Shown here: positions 44,536-56,678 of the stretch, piece after piece
Numbering within the stretch: the stretch's first letter is position 1
How the letters are laid out: the number at the start of each line of letters is the position of its first letter
From: Candidatus Omnitrophota bacterium
GTDB taxonomy: Bacteria > Omnitrophota > Gorgyraeia > Zapsychrales > JANLHA01
Length of the DNA stretch: 64,000 nt
Direction: 5' to 3'
Assembly (NCBI GenBank): GCA_020632555.1
Contig: JACKFI010000007.1
Coordinates: 528-64,527, forward strand
Translations under genes and position numbers: made by a program
The notes under the pieces: model-generated
The model's input: the letters and a program-made list of their open reading frames with translations, nothing else
Told to the model about the DNA's origin: nothing
Databases searched by the model: none

Positions 44536-47040
44536 ATGAGTCGTAGAACTGTTGATTTTGGAATTGATTTGGGAACGACCAACTCCGCGATTGCTTTGTT
44601 AGATGGCTCTGCAATTAAAGTTCTCAAAAATTCTTTGCAAAGCGAGATTACTCCTTCGGTGGTGAGAATTGATGAAAAAAATAATATCATCGTTGGTCAG
44701 GATGCTTTGAATCAGTTGTATGGTGATAGTGAAAATACGTGTACTGCATTTAAACTGTTGATGGGAACCCGTCAGGCTAAAACATTTGCCCGCTCTGGCC
44801 GGGTGATGAAACCAGAAGAATTATCTGCCGAAGTTCTCAAAGATTTAAAAGCTACTGTTGTTTTGCGAATGCCTGCCGAGCCAGAGGTGACGGCCGCTGT
44901 TATTACAGTTCCTTGTTATTTTGAAATGACACAATCGCAAGCCACATTGCGAGCCGCGAAGTTAGCTGGTATTGAATTTGCGCCGCTTTTGCAAGAGCCC
45001 ATTGCCGCGTCGATTGCTTATGGGTTTTTAGAGAAGATGCCCAAGGGGTATTGGATTGTTTATGATTTGGGCGGCGGGACGTTTGATGTCGCTTTATTGT
45101 CAGCGAGGGACGGCCATTTGATTGTGGTTGATCATGATGGCGACAATTATTTGGGCGGAACAGATTTTGATTGGCGCATTGTCGAGGATATTGTTTATCC
45201 GGCTTTGCGTCAGCAATATCATCTTCCTGATCTTGCCCGGTTGTCGAAATACAGTTTATTAAATGTTGTCCTAAGACGTGCTGCTGAAGAGGCTAAAATT
45301 CATCTTTCAGAGAATGAAAAGACGGAAATTGTGGTTAAAGATATGGATTGTCTTAAAGATCAGGATGGCAAGTTGATTCAGGCAAGGATTGGGTTAACTC
45401 GTCAGCAATTGAATCTGGTGATTGAAGAAGATGTTGAAAAGAGTTTGCGGCTTTTTCGTAATGTTTTAAAGAACCAGAAATTAGCTGCCGCCGATATTGA
45501 ACATTTGATTCTGGTCGGTGGTCCGACACAGATTCCTTATATTCGCGAATGTTTGCAGAAGGAATTTAATATTCCCGTCAATTGTACAATTGATCCGATG
45601 AATGTGGTGGCCAAGGGCGCCGCGATTTATGCGGCATCGCAATTATTGCCGGTTGTAAGAAAGCAGAAAGACAATATTGCTGTTGCCTTAGAGTTGAAAT
45701 ACGATCCGATGACAACGGCTTTAGAAACGGGCTTGGGAGGCAAGATTCTTCTATCAGAAGCGAAAAGTTTACCGGTCGGTGTAAAAGTACAAATTTGCAA
45801 TGCAGCTGGAGATTGGCAAAGTGACTTATTAGAAATCAAAAATAATGCATTTTTTGTGACGGTGATATTGCAAGCCAATTGTATGAATACATTTATTGTT
45901 CGAGTGTTCGACGCTAGTGGAAAATCGGTCGCGGTAGAAAATGATACCTTTTCAATTAATCAAGGCATGTCAGTTGGCGCACCCCCCTTGGCACGGTCTA
46001 TTGGTGTCGAATTGCATGACGGATCTTTTGATCGTTTATTAAATAAGGGTGTTTCTTTGCCGGTGAAGGCTTCCTATACTTATCACGCAGCGCGTGATAT
46101 TAATCCCGGGCAGGAAGAGCAAGCTATTGAGATTCCGGTACGGGAAGGGGAGAGTGATCGTTTTGATCACAATCGTCATTTGGGCAGCTTGGTGATTCGC
46201 GGCACTGACGTGGGGCGCAAGATTCCGGTCAATGCGGACGTTGAAGTGACTCTTTTTGTTGATCAGTCGCGGTGTGTTTCTGCGGAGGCTTTTATTCCTA
46301 TTCTTAATCAGAAATTTACTATGAAAATTCCTAATATGACTTCGCCTTTGCCGGATAGCGCGGATTTTCCTTTTGTGCTTCAACGGGAAGAAGAGCGCTG
46401 GAAAGAAATTAAAAAAAAGGCTGAGGTGTTAAATATTTCTTTGGCTGAGGCTATTGTTTTGATTAATGGTTTATTTTTAGAAATTAAAAAAGAAATTCAG
46501 GCAGCCAGTGGCGGGGACGTGATTGCCGTTGAAAAGGCGGATCGACGGGTCAAGGAATTGAAAGAACATATTGATGCCGCGGATAAAATGATTCTCTGGC
46601 CCAATTTATTGCGTGATTATCAACAGCGTTTGATTGATGTTCAAGATACGGTAGACAGTTGGGGCGATCGTCAGGATTATATCAATCGGTTGGGATTGTT
46701 AAAAAAGGATGCTGATAAAGCGGTGGTTTTAAATGACAGCCGGCGTTTGGCCAAAGCTTTGGATGATCTTAATGACTTGAAATGGGAAATTCTGTTTCGA
46801 CAGAAGGATTTCTGGATTGGTGCTTTTCAGGAATTGCGGCAGAAAGATACAAAAGCATTTGTTGATCAGCGGCGTGCTCAGCAACTTTTGGAAGAAGGCG
46901 CTCGGGCGCTTTTGCGTCAGGATACTGAGTCAGTGCAAAGCATTACTATTGAATTGTGGAAGCTGATTTCTCGGGATGAGCAAGCGCATATTGCGCAGAC
47001 AGTTAATACGCGTTCGGGCATTAAGAAAAAGAATTCGTAA
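44536..47040 (+). CDS. Atypical Hsp70-family ATPase (834 aa) with an inserted domain and an extended helical tail
   Basis: DFGIDLGTTNSAIALL (phosphate-1), VITVP...QATLRAAKLAGIE, VYDLGGGTFDVALL (phosphate-2), LILVGGPTQIPYIRE (adenosine motif). SBD-beta-like ARSIGVELHDGSFDRLLNKGVSLPVKAS...IEIPVREGES. A beta-rich insert of about 100 aa precedes the SBD. Confidence 0.8.
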   Translation: MSRRTVDFGIDLGTTNSAIALLDGSAIKVLKNSLQSEITPSVVRIDEKNNIIVGQDALNQLYGDSENTCTAFKLLMGTRQAKTFARSGRVMKPEELSAEVLKDLKATVVLRMPAEPEVTAAVITVPCYFEMTQSQATLRAAKLAGIEFAPLLQEPIAASIAYGFLEKMPKGYWIVYDLGGGTFDVALLSARDGHLIVVDHDGDNYLGGTDFDWRIVEDIVYPALRQQYHLPDLARLSKYSLLNVVLRRAAEEAKIHLSENEKTEIVVKDMDCLKDQDGKLIQARIGLTRQQLNLVIEEDVEKSLRLFRNVLKNQKLAAADIEHLILVGGPTQIPYIRECLQKEFNIPVNCTIDPMNVVAKGAAIYAASQLLPVVRKQKDNIAVALELKYDPMTTALETGLGGKILLSEAKSLPVGVKVQICNAAGDWQSDLLEIKNNAFFVTVILQANCMNTFIVRVFDASGKSVAVENDTFSINQGMSVGAPPLARSIGVELHDGSFDRLLNKGVSLPVKASYTYHAARDINPGQEEQAIEIPVREGESDRFDHNRHLGSLVIRGTDVGRKIPVNADVEVTLFVDQSRCVSAEAFIPILNQKFTMKIPNMTSPLPDSADFPFVLQREEERWKEIKKKAEVLNISLAEAIVLINGLFLEIKKEIQAASGGDVIAVEKADRRVKELKEHIDAADKMILWPNLLRDYQQRLIDVQDTVDSWGDRQDYINRLGLLKKDADKAVVLNDSRRLAKALDDLNDLKWEILFRQKDFWIGAFQELRQKDTKAFVDQRRAQQLLEEGARALLRQDTESVQSITIELWKLISRDEQAHIAQTVNTRSGIKKKNS

Positions 47041-47092
47041 GCTTTTTTTCTTGCGGGTTTCAGAAATATTCCAAAATAAATAAAGGGTTTGT

Positions 47093-48160
47093 ATGATGTC
47101 GCGGAAATTTGAGATTTTGCCGCAATTTACGGTCATTCGGGATACGTATACTGTTGATCGTTTCTTGGGTGAAGGCGCTTTTGGCGTTGTTTATAAAGTG
47201 CGCCATAAATTTCTTGGTATTCAAGCACTCAAAGTTTTTCATCCGGAAAAATCATTGGTCAGTCAGGTTGATGATTTTTTTAATGAAGCTATTATTCTTT
47301 CCAAAATGACGCATCCTAACGTGGTGCGTGTTTTCGAAGCTAATCACTTTGATTGGAAAGGTCAGCGGATTGCCTATGTCGCTATGGAATATGTTCCCGA
47401 CGGCACTCTCGATGGATATATTCGTCAAAAGGTGCGGGTGGATCAGAAATTAGCGGTGCGGATCATGATGATGATTTGTCGAGGATTGCAACAAGCTCAT
47501 CAACAAAAGCCTGCGATTATTCATCGGGATATTAAGCCGCAAAATATTATGCTCGACGGCACGGAGTCTGATCTGATTGCCAAAGTTTCTGATTTTGGGC
47601 AGGCTTTGCATGTTGATCCTTTGACTAAATTGGCACAATCGGCTGGCACTTTAGCTTATATGGCTCCAGAAGGATTTTGGAATTACAAATCACCAGCCAG
47701 CGATATTTACTCGGCAGGGATGATTTTTTATATTATGCTCACCGGAGTTGCGCCGTTTAAAATGCCAGCCAGTGGGCAGTATAAGGATAGCAAAGACGTG
47801 GAGAGAGCGATTCGTAAAGCGCGTCAAGTTGCCCCTAAGGCTCTTTCGGAATTTAATGTTGGTATCGATTCACGTTTGGATCAAATTGTGCTTAAAGCGC
47901 TAGAGCAGAAAGTTGAAAATCGTTATCAGGACGCCGGGGAGTTTTTGCTGGCTTTAGAGCATTATGCGGAATTTGACGGTGAATCTTTTGAAAAACAGAT
48001 GGGTGAAGTTTTGACTTTGGGACGACAATATCGTGATTTGCCGGAAGCGATTCAAAAGTTGGAGGCGATTTTACAAAGTTTACCTGAGAACCAGCGGCAA
48101 AGTTTCCTTAATCGTTACGGCGTATTTTTAGAGAGTTGGAAGAAAGGAATAATAATGTGA
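47093..48160 (+). CDS. Soluble Hanks-type Ser/Thr protein kinase
   Basis: LGEGAFGVVYKV (G-loop), ALKVF (VAIK Lys), HRDIKPQNIML, SDFGQA (DFG), LAYMAPE (APE). No TM segment. C-terminal helical region of about 80 aa. Confidence 0.9.
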   Translation: MMSRKFEILPQFTVIRDTYTVDRFLGEGAFGVVYKVRHKFLGIQALKVFHPEKSLVSQVDDFFNEAIILSKMTHPNVVRVFEANHFDWKGQRIAYVAMEYVPDGTLDGYIRQKVRVDQKLAVRIMMMICRGLQQAHQQKPAIIHRDIKPQNIMLDGTESDLIAKVSDFGQALHVDPLTKLAQSAGTLAYMAPEGFWNYKSPASDIYSAGMIFYIMLTGVAPFKMPASGQYKDSKDVERAIRKARQVAPKALSEFNVGIDSRLDQIVLKALEQKVENRYQDAGEFLLALEHYAEFDGESFEKQMGEVLTLGRQYRDLPEAIQKLEAILQSLPENQRQSFLNRYGVFLESWKKGIIM

Positions 48161-48501
48161 TGAAAACAATATGTTTGATTGTTAAGACAGGCCCGTTAAA
48201 GGGACATAAATATTTTGTGAAAGCCGATTGTCCGGTTTTGATTGGGCGCGGGGAAGAGGCGAATATTCGGATTAATTATGATAAATTTTGTTCGCGCAGT
48301 CACGCGGTGGTGTATTTTGAGAATGGGGCGTGTTTTGTTAAAGATCTTAATAGCACCAATGGAACGTATGTGAATAAAATACGAATTTTAGGTAATGTGC
48401 AATTGCAAAATCAAAATACTTTGAGTTTTGGCGCTACAGATTTAACTGTTTTTATTATGGATAAGCCGCAAACCGGCAAATCGCTGATGGACGTGGTTTA
48501 A
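48160..48501 (+). CDS. Stand-alone FHA-domain protein
   Basis: VLIGRGEEANIRINYDKFCSRSHAVVYFENGACFVKDLNSTNGTYVN (the GR...SR.H...NGT FHA signature). The ATG shares one nt with the kinase TGA (ATGTGATGA). GTG 48157 and TTG 48136 are alternative starts. Confidence 0.85.
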   Translation: MKTICLIVKTGPLKGHKYFVKADCPVLIGRGEEANIRINYDKFCSRSHAVVYFENGACFVKDLNSTNGTYVNKIRILGNVQLQNQNTLSFGATDLTVFIMDKPQTGKSLMDVV

Positions 48502-48519
48502 TGTCAATGAGGCACATAA

Positions 48520-49638
48520 ATGAAAAAAAATAAGATTCTGATCTGTGGGATTTTACCGCCGCCAAATTTTGGACACAGTATGCTTTATAAAGCGCTGATG
48601 GAATCACATTTTGTGGATGAATTTGATGTTGTGTTCTTTAATATGAAGTTTTGGTCTTATGAAAAACATAAAAAAGTCACGCTGGCTAAGCTGTTCAAAT
48701 TCATTCAATATTATTTTCAGTTTATGGCTTTGGTGTTAATCCATCGTCCGCGTTATGCTTTGTACGCTATCAGTTTTGATAAAATGCCATTTTTAAAAGA
48801 TTTTGTATTTTGTATGACAGCCAGAATTTTAGGCTGCAAAGTTGTGCTTCATGACATGGGCCAGTATTTGGCAGAACTTTACGAAGGGTCGAGTGTATTT
48901 GTTAAAAAATTGATTCGCTGGATGATGAGATCAATGACGGCCAGTATTGTCTTAGGTGAGGTTACCCGGCGAGTGTATGTTGGGTTGATGGATATTAAGA
49001 ACGTGTACGCGGTCCCTGGGGCTGTTGCTGATTCGATCGGGTTACTGCCGAAACTAAAGCGGCAGCAGACAGATGATAAGATCAATGTTCTTTTTTTCTC
49101 ATTTCTGCAAAAGTCTAAAGGGATTTGGGTTGCTTTGCAAGCGATGCCCAGCGTGATTGCGCAAAATCCTAAAGTGCATTTTACCTTTGCCGGGCCAGCC
49201 GAGTCTGAGGAATTTGTGGCCGAAATGAAAGAATATATTCAAAAGAATAATTTGCAGGATCATTTTGAGTATGTTGGTTATGTTGCTGATGATAATCAGC
49301 GCACGGAATATTTTCGTAAAGCGGATGTCTATATCTTTCCGACTTTGCGTGATGTATTTGGTTTGGTTTTATTGCACGCGATGGCCGAAAGCTGCCCGGT
49401 TGTCGCTTCGATGGAAGGTGCGATTTGTGAAATTGTTGATGACGGTCAGACTGGTTTTCTTTTTCCAAAAGGAGAGGATACCGTTTTAGCAGAAAAGATT
49501 TTGTGCTTAGCCAAGGATTCGCAAGCTCGTGCCAAGATGGGCGCGGCCGGGCGGTTAAAATATGAACAATGTTATACCTTGGACGTTTATGCGCAACGAA
49601 TGGTGCAAGTTTTTAAATCTTTAGAATCTGTTTCGTAA
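48520..49638 (+). CDS. Family 4 (GT-B) glycosyltransferase
   Basis: C-terminus FPTLRDVFGLVLLHAMAESCPVVASMEGAICEIVDDGQTGFLF (EX7E-type motif). Starts 18 nt after the FHA gene. Confidence 0.85.
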   Translation: MKKNKILICGILPPPNFGHSMLYKALMESHFVDEFDVVFFNMKFWSYEKHKKVTLAKLFKFIQYYFQFMALVLIHRPRYALYAISFDKMPFLKDFVFCMTARILGCKVVLHDMGQYLAELYEGSSVFVKKLIRWMMRSMTASIVLGEVTRRVYVGLMDIKNVYAVPGAVADSIGLLPKLKRQQTDDKINVLFFSFLQKSKGIWVALQAMPSVIAQNPKVHFTFAGPAESEEFVAEMKEYIQKNNLQDHFEYVGYVADDNQRTEYFRKADVYIFPTLRDVFGLVLLHAMAESCPVVASMEGAICEIVDDGQTGFLFPKGEDTVLAEKILCLAKDSQARAKMGAAGRLKYEQCYTLDVYAQRMVQVFKSLESVS

Positions 49639-49658
49639 AGAAAAACTTCCTTATATTA

Positions 49659-49686
49659 TTCCAAAGAAAATGGTTGATGGTAGAAT
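49659..49686 (+). promoter_or_regulatory. Possible extended -10 promoter
   Basis: TTCCAA (49659-49664), 16 nt spacer, TGgTAGAAT (49678-49686), in the 93-nt gap before 49732. Confidence 0.3.
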
Positions 49687-49731
49687 CTTTGAGTGAAAAG
49701 ACCCGTAAAGTGAAATTGAGTTGAGGAGTTA

Positions 49732-50505
49732 ATGGACAATTTTTATACGATTCTTGGTGTGCGGATTAATGCTGTGAATTTGCAGTTGGCGGCTCAGCAA
49801 ATTGAAACGTGGATCACAAATCGAATTCCAACCTATGTGTGTGTGGCTCCGGTATCAACGGTGATGGATTGTCAGGATGATCCAGAGTATCGGGCGATTG
49901 TCAATAGTGCCGGCATGGTGACCCCTGATGGCATGCCCCTTGTTTGGCTAGGACGTCAGCGCTGCGGCAAGACAGTTCAACGGACGTATGGTCCAGATTT
50001 GATGACGTTTTTTTGTGCATTAAGTGAAGAGAAAGGGTATAAGCATTTTTTTTATGGGGGATCTTCGATTGCAAATCGACTGTTGGTCGAAAAGTTAAAG
50101 AAACAATTTCCAAAACTTTTGATTGTTGGGCAATATGCCCCGCCGTTTATGCTATCTAAGCAAAAAGAAAAGCCCGAAGTTATTGCTCAAATCAATGCCT
50201 CAGGCGCGGATGTGTTGTGGGTTGGTTTGGGTTCCCCGAAACAAGATTTTTGGATGGCGGGACATCGTTCACAAATAAATGTTCCGGTGATGATTGGAGC
50301 AGGGGCAGCTTTTGACTTTTTAGCGGGAATTAAGGCGCAAGCTCCGCGATGGTTGCAGCGCACAGGATTAGAGTGGCTGTTTCGGCTCTGTTGCGAACCA
50401 CGACGTTTGTGGCGACGGTATCTTGTGGGGAACACTCGGTTTATTTATCTGTTGTTTAAAGAGCGGTTTTTACGCAAATCAGTTGATTCAGAAATACTTT
50501 TATGA
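49732..50505 (+). CDS. WecG/TagA/CpsF-family (GT26) glycosyltransferase
   Basis: ILGVRINAVNL..., VTPDGMPLVW, GLGSPKQDFWM, GAAFDFLAG. Confidence 0.85.
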   Translation: MDNFYTILGVRINAVNLQLAAQQIETWITNRIPTYVCVAPVSTVMDCQDDPEYRAIVNSAGMVTPDGMPLVWLGRQRCGKTVQRTYGPDLMTFFCALSEEKGYKHFFYGGSSIANRLLVEKLKKQFPKLLIVGQYAPPFMLSKQKEKPEVIAQINASGADVLWVGLGSPKQDFWMAGHRSQINVPVMIGAGAAFDFLAGIKAQAPRWLQRTGLEWLFRLCCEPRRLWRRYLVGNTRFIYLLFKERFLRKSVDSEILL

Positions 50506-51923
50506 AAATTATAACGCGGTCTTATATGATTAAGTTTTTTTACATCTGCATTGATGTTTTCTTTGTTGCTTTGGCTGTTTATTTAGCTTGTTGGTTGAGA
50601 AAAGAAACATTGCCATTCTCGATTAATATTATCGATTTCTTTAATGCGAAAAGTCCCTTCTATTACATTTTTATTTTGTGGTTACTCGCGATTATTTTAT
50701 TGAATAATATCAATGGTCTGTATCAGACGCGTCGAGAATTAGCTGAAAGTATTGAAATTTGGAAAGTGATTCGTTCTGTTTTTGATTCTGTTGTGGTTGC
50801 GGTCGTAGCCATTTATTTTTTCAAGATTCAATCTTTCCCGCGAACTGTGTTGCTTTTGTCAGGGCTTTTTATTGTTATTTTTTTATCGTTCTGGCGCATT
50901 TGCAAAAGAGTTTTTGTTTTATTTTTAGTATCAAAAGGTTATAACAATTTTAATGTTTTGATCATCGGCGCCGGCAAGGTTGGCAGTGCTTTGGTTCAGG
51001 AAATTGAAAAACGGAAAGCTTTAGGGCTTAAGGTTTTCGGATTTCTTGATGATTTTAAACCTTCGAATGAGACTTGTCAGGGACATCCTATTCTCGGGAA
51101 GATTGCTGATTTTCCGATTATTGCCCAAAAGAATTTTATTAATACGATTTATATTACAATTCATCATGATAGTCAGGTTTTTTTACAATTGTTGGAACAA
51201 GCCCAAGATATGCGTTTGGCGGTACGGGTGGTGCCGGAAGGGTTTGAATTAACGACGGGGGAATTTGGAAAATATAATATTGGTTTTATTCCAGTTCTAG
51301 AGTATTTCAATCAGGGCATTGAGTTGCGTCATCCAGGCAAACGGGTCTTTGATGTGGTGATATCGTCATTGATGTTGTTGGTTTTTGCGCCTTTGTTTGT
51401 GGTGTTGGCATTTTTGATTAAGAGAGATAGCCGCGGACCGGTTTTTTATCATTCCTGCCGTTATGGCCGGCGCGGAGAGAAATTTTTTATGTATAAGTTT
51501 CGCAGTATGGTCAGTAATGCTGATGATTTGCAAAGTCAATTGCAGCACAAAAATGAAGTTGACGGTCCGATTTTTAAAATTCGCAGTGACCCGCGCGTTA
51601 CCAAGTTTGGCAAGGTTTTGCGCAAGTTTAGTTTGGATGAACTGCCGCAATTGATCAATGTTCTTAAAGGTGAAATGAGTTTGGTCGGACCGAGGCCATT
51701 TCCGATTGAGCAGATTGAGAAAGAAGATTTGCGGCAGTTAAAGAGGCTTGAAGTCAAGCCAGGGATTACGGGGCTTTGGCAGATTCGCGGGCGCAGTGAT
51801 ATTTCATTTAATCGGTTGATCAAATGGGACATTTGGTATATTAACAATTGGTCGTTTTGGCTGGATATTAATATTCTGCTGCAGACGGTGCCGGTAGTGG
51901 TTAAGGGCAAAGGCGCTTACTGA
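50502..51923 (+). CDS. Polyprenyl-phosphate phosphoglycosyl transferase (WbaP/EpsB-type initiating sugar transferase)
   Basis: 4 N-terminal TM helices, a central Rossmann domain (VLIIGAGKVG), and the C-terminal KRVFDV...RDSRGPVFY...KFRSM...DELPQLINVLKGEMSLVGPRP. Confidence 0.85.
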   Translation: MKIITRSYMIKFFYICIDVFFVALAVYLACWLRKETLPFSINIIDFFNAKSPFYYIFILWLLAIILLNNINGLYQTRRELAESIEIWKVIRSVFDSVVVAVVAIYFFKIQSFPRTVLLLSGLFIVIFLSFWRICKRVFVLFLVSKGYNNFNVLIIGAGKVGSALVQEIEKRKALGLKVFGFLDDFKPSNETCQGHPILGKIADFPIIAQKNFINTIYITIHHDSQVFLQLLEQAQDMRLAVRVVPEGFELTTGEFGKYNIGFIPVLEYFNQGIELRHPGKRVFDVVISSLMLLVFAPLFVVLAFLIKRDSRGPVFYHSCRYGRRGEKFFMYKFRSMVSNADDLQSQLQHKNEVDGPIFKIRSDPRVTKFGKVLRKFSLDELPQLINVLKGEMSLVGPRPFPIEQIEKEDLRQLKRLEVKPGITGLWQIRGRSDISFNRLIKWDIWYINNWSFWLDINILLQTVPVVVKGKGAY

Positions 51924-51958
51924 TTTATTTTAACCAACATCCTTGATAGAGAGAAGAA

Positions 51959-55351
<3,393 letters not shown>

Positions 55352-55360
55352 GTGGCTTTA

Positions 55361-55388
55361 TTGACAAAACCATCTTCTTTCGTATAAT
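55361..55388 (+). promoter_or_regulatory. Near-consensus sigma70-type promoter for pgk-tpiA-secG
   Basis: TTGACA (55361-55366), 16 nt spacer, TATAAT (55383-55388). GGAAGGAAGG RBS before the ATG at 55456. Confidence 0.5.
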
Positions 55389-55455
55389 ACTAAAATTCTT
55401 AACCTGAAAAAATCACAATTACTAGAGCCGTTATATATAGGGAAGGAAGGGTGCC

Positions 55456-56637
55456 ATGAGTAAATTGACCGTTCGAGATTTGGATGTTAAAGGGAAAAAA
55501 GTTCTGATTCGTGTGGATTTTAATGTTCCGCTGGATGAACAATTGCATATTACTGATGATCGCCGTATACGGGAAGCATTGCCGACTATTCAATATGTGT
55601 TAAAGCAGAAAGCTGCTAAAGTTATTTTGATCAGTCATCTGGGTCGTCCCGATGGGCAAGTGGTCGAAAATCAACGACTTGCGCCGGTAGGTAAACAATT
55701 GGAAAAACTTTTGGGCGAAAAAGTTCTTTGTCCTAAAGATTGTATCGGCGAGGACGTTAAGCAAGCGATTGCTGCTAGCAAAGAAAGAGTTGTTTTATTA
55801 GAAAATCTTCGTTTTCGTAAAGCTGAGACGAAAAATGATCCGGAATTTGCTAAGAGCTTGGCTTCTTTAGCAGATGTTTTTGTCAATGATGCCTTTGGAA
55901 CATCCCATCGGGCGCATGCTTCGACCCATGGGGTGACGCAGTATCTTAAATCCGCGGCTGGTTTTCTTCTTGAGAAAGAAATCAAATATCTTGGCCAGGC
56001 GATTGACAATCCGGCTAAGCCCTTTGTTATTATTCTAGGCGGCGCTAAAGTGTCTGATAAAATCGCGCTGATTGAAAACATGTTGCCCAAGGTTAGTTCG
56101 ATTATTATTGGCGGCGGGATGGCGTATACATTTTTAAAATCACAAGGTAAAGAGATCGGAACGTCCTTGTTGGAAGCGGAGAAAGTCGAAACTGCCCGGT
56201 CGATTCTCGAAAAAGCAAAGGCAGCCAAGGTGAACATTGTTTTGTCTTCAGATTTTGTTGTGGTGAAAGATTTCAAAAATCCAGCGGAACGCAAGATTGT
56301 CAAAGAAATTGAACCCGGCTGGTCGGGTGTGGATATTGGACCGGAAACCCGCAAAGCGTTCAAAGCTGTTTTGTCGACGGCCAAAACGGTTGTTTGGAAT
56401 GGGCCGGTTGGTGTTTTTGAAGTCAAAGAATATTCCGACGGAACCCGGGAACTTGCCGAATATTTATCAAGTCTTAAAGGCGTGACCAGCATCGTTGGTG
56501 GTGGTGATACAGCGGCCGCGGTTGCTAAGTTTAATTGTGAACAAGGCATAACTCATATTTCAACCGGCGGCGGAGCTTCTTTGGAGCTTTTGGAAGGCAA
56601 AGTTCTTCCGGGCATTGCCGCTTTAACCGATAAGTAA
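55456..56637 (+). CDS. pgk: Phosphoglycerate kinase
   Basis: VLIRVDFNVP, SHLGRP, NDAFGTSHRAHAS, GGGDT. Confidence 0.95.
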   Translation: MSKLTVRDLDVKGKKVLIRVDFNVPLDEQLHITDDRRIREALPTIQYVLKQKAAKVILISHLGRPDGQVVENQRLAPVGKQLEKLLGEKVLCPKDCIGEDVKQAIAASKERVVLLENLRFRKAETKNDPEFAKSLASLADVFVNDAFGTSHRAHASTHGVTQYLKSAAGFLLEKEIKYLGQAIDNPAKPFVIILGGAKVSDKIALIENMLPKVSSIIIGGGMAYTFLKSQGKEIGTSLLEAEKVETARSILEKAKAAKVNIVLSSDFVVVKDFKNPAERKIVKEIEPGWSGVDIGPETRKAFKAVLSTAKTVVWNGPVGVFEVKEYSDGTRELAEYLSSLKGVTSIVGGGDTAAAVAKFNCEQGITHISTGGGASLELLEGKVLPGIAALTDK

Positions 56638-56678
56638 CAGAGATAAGAAATTATTAACCATCAAACATTGGAAGAGAT

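Noticed and set aside
47023-47052. Possible terminator hairpin after the Hsp70 gene (AAGAAAAAG ... CTTTTTTTCTT)
   Set aside because: The stem would be almost entirely A:U, imperfect and overlapping the stop codon. It is not a credible intrinsic terminator.
55671-56549. 292-aa minus-strand ORF, the longest antisense ORF in the track
   Set aside because: It lies entirely antisense to the unambiguous pgk gene. Its translation is low-complexity (S/T/P/A-rich) with no motifs. This is a typical shadow ORF.
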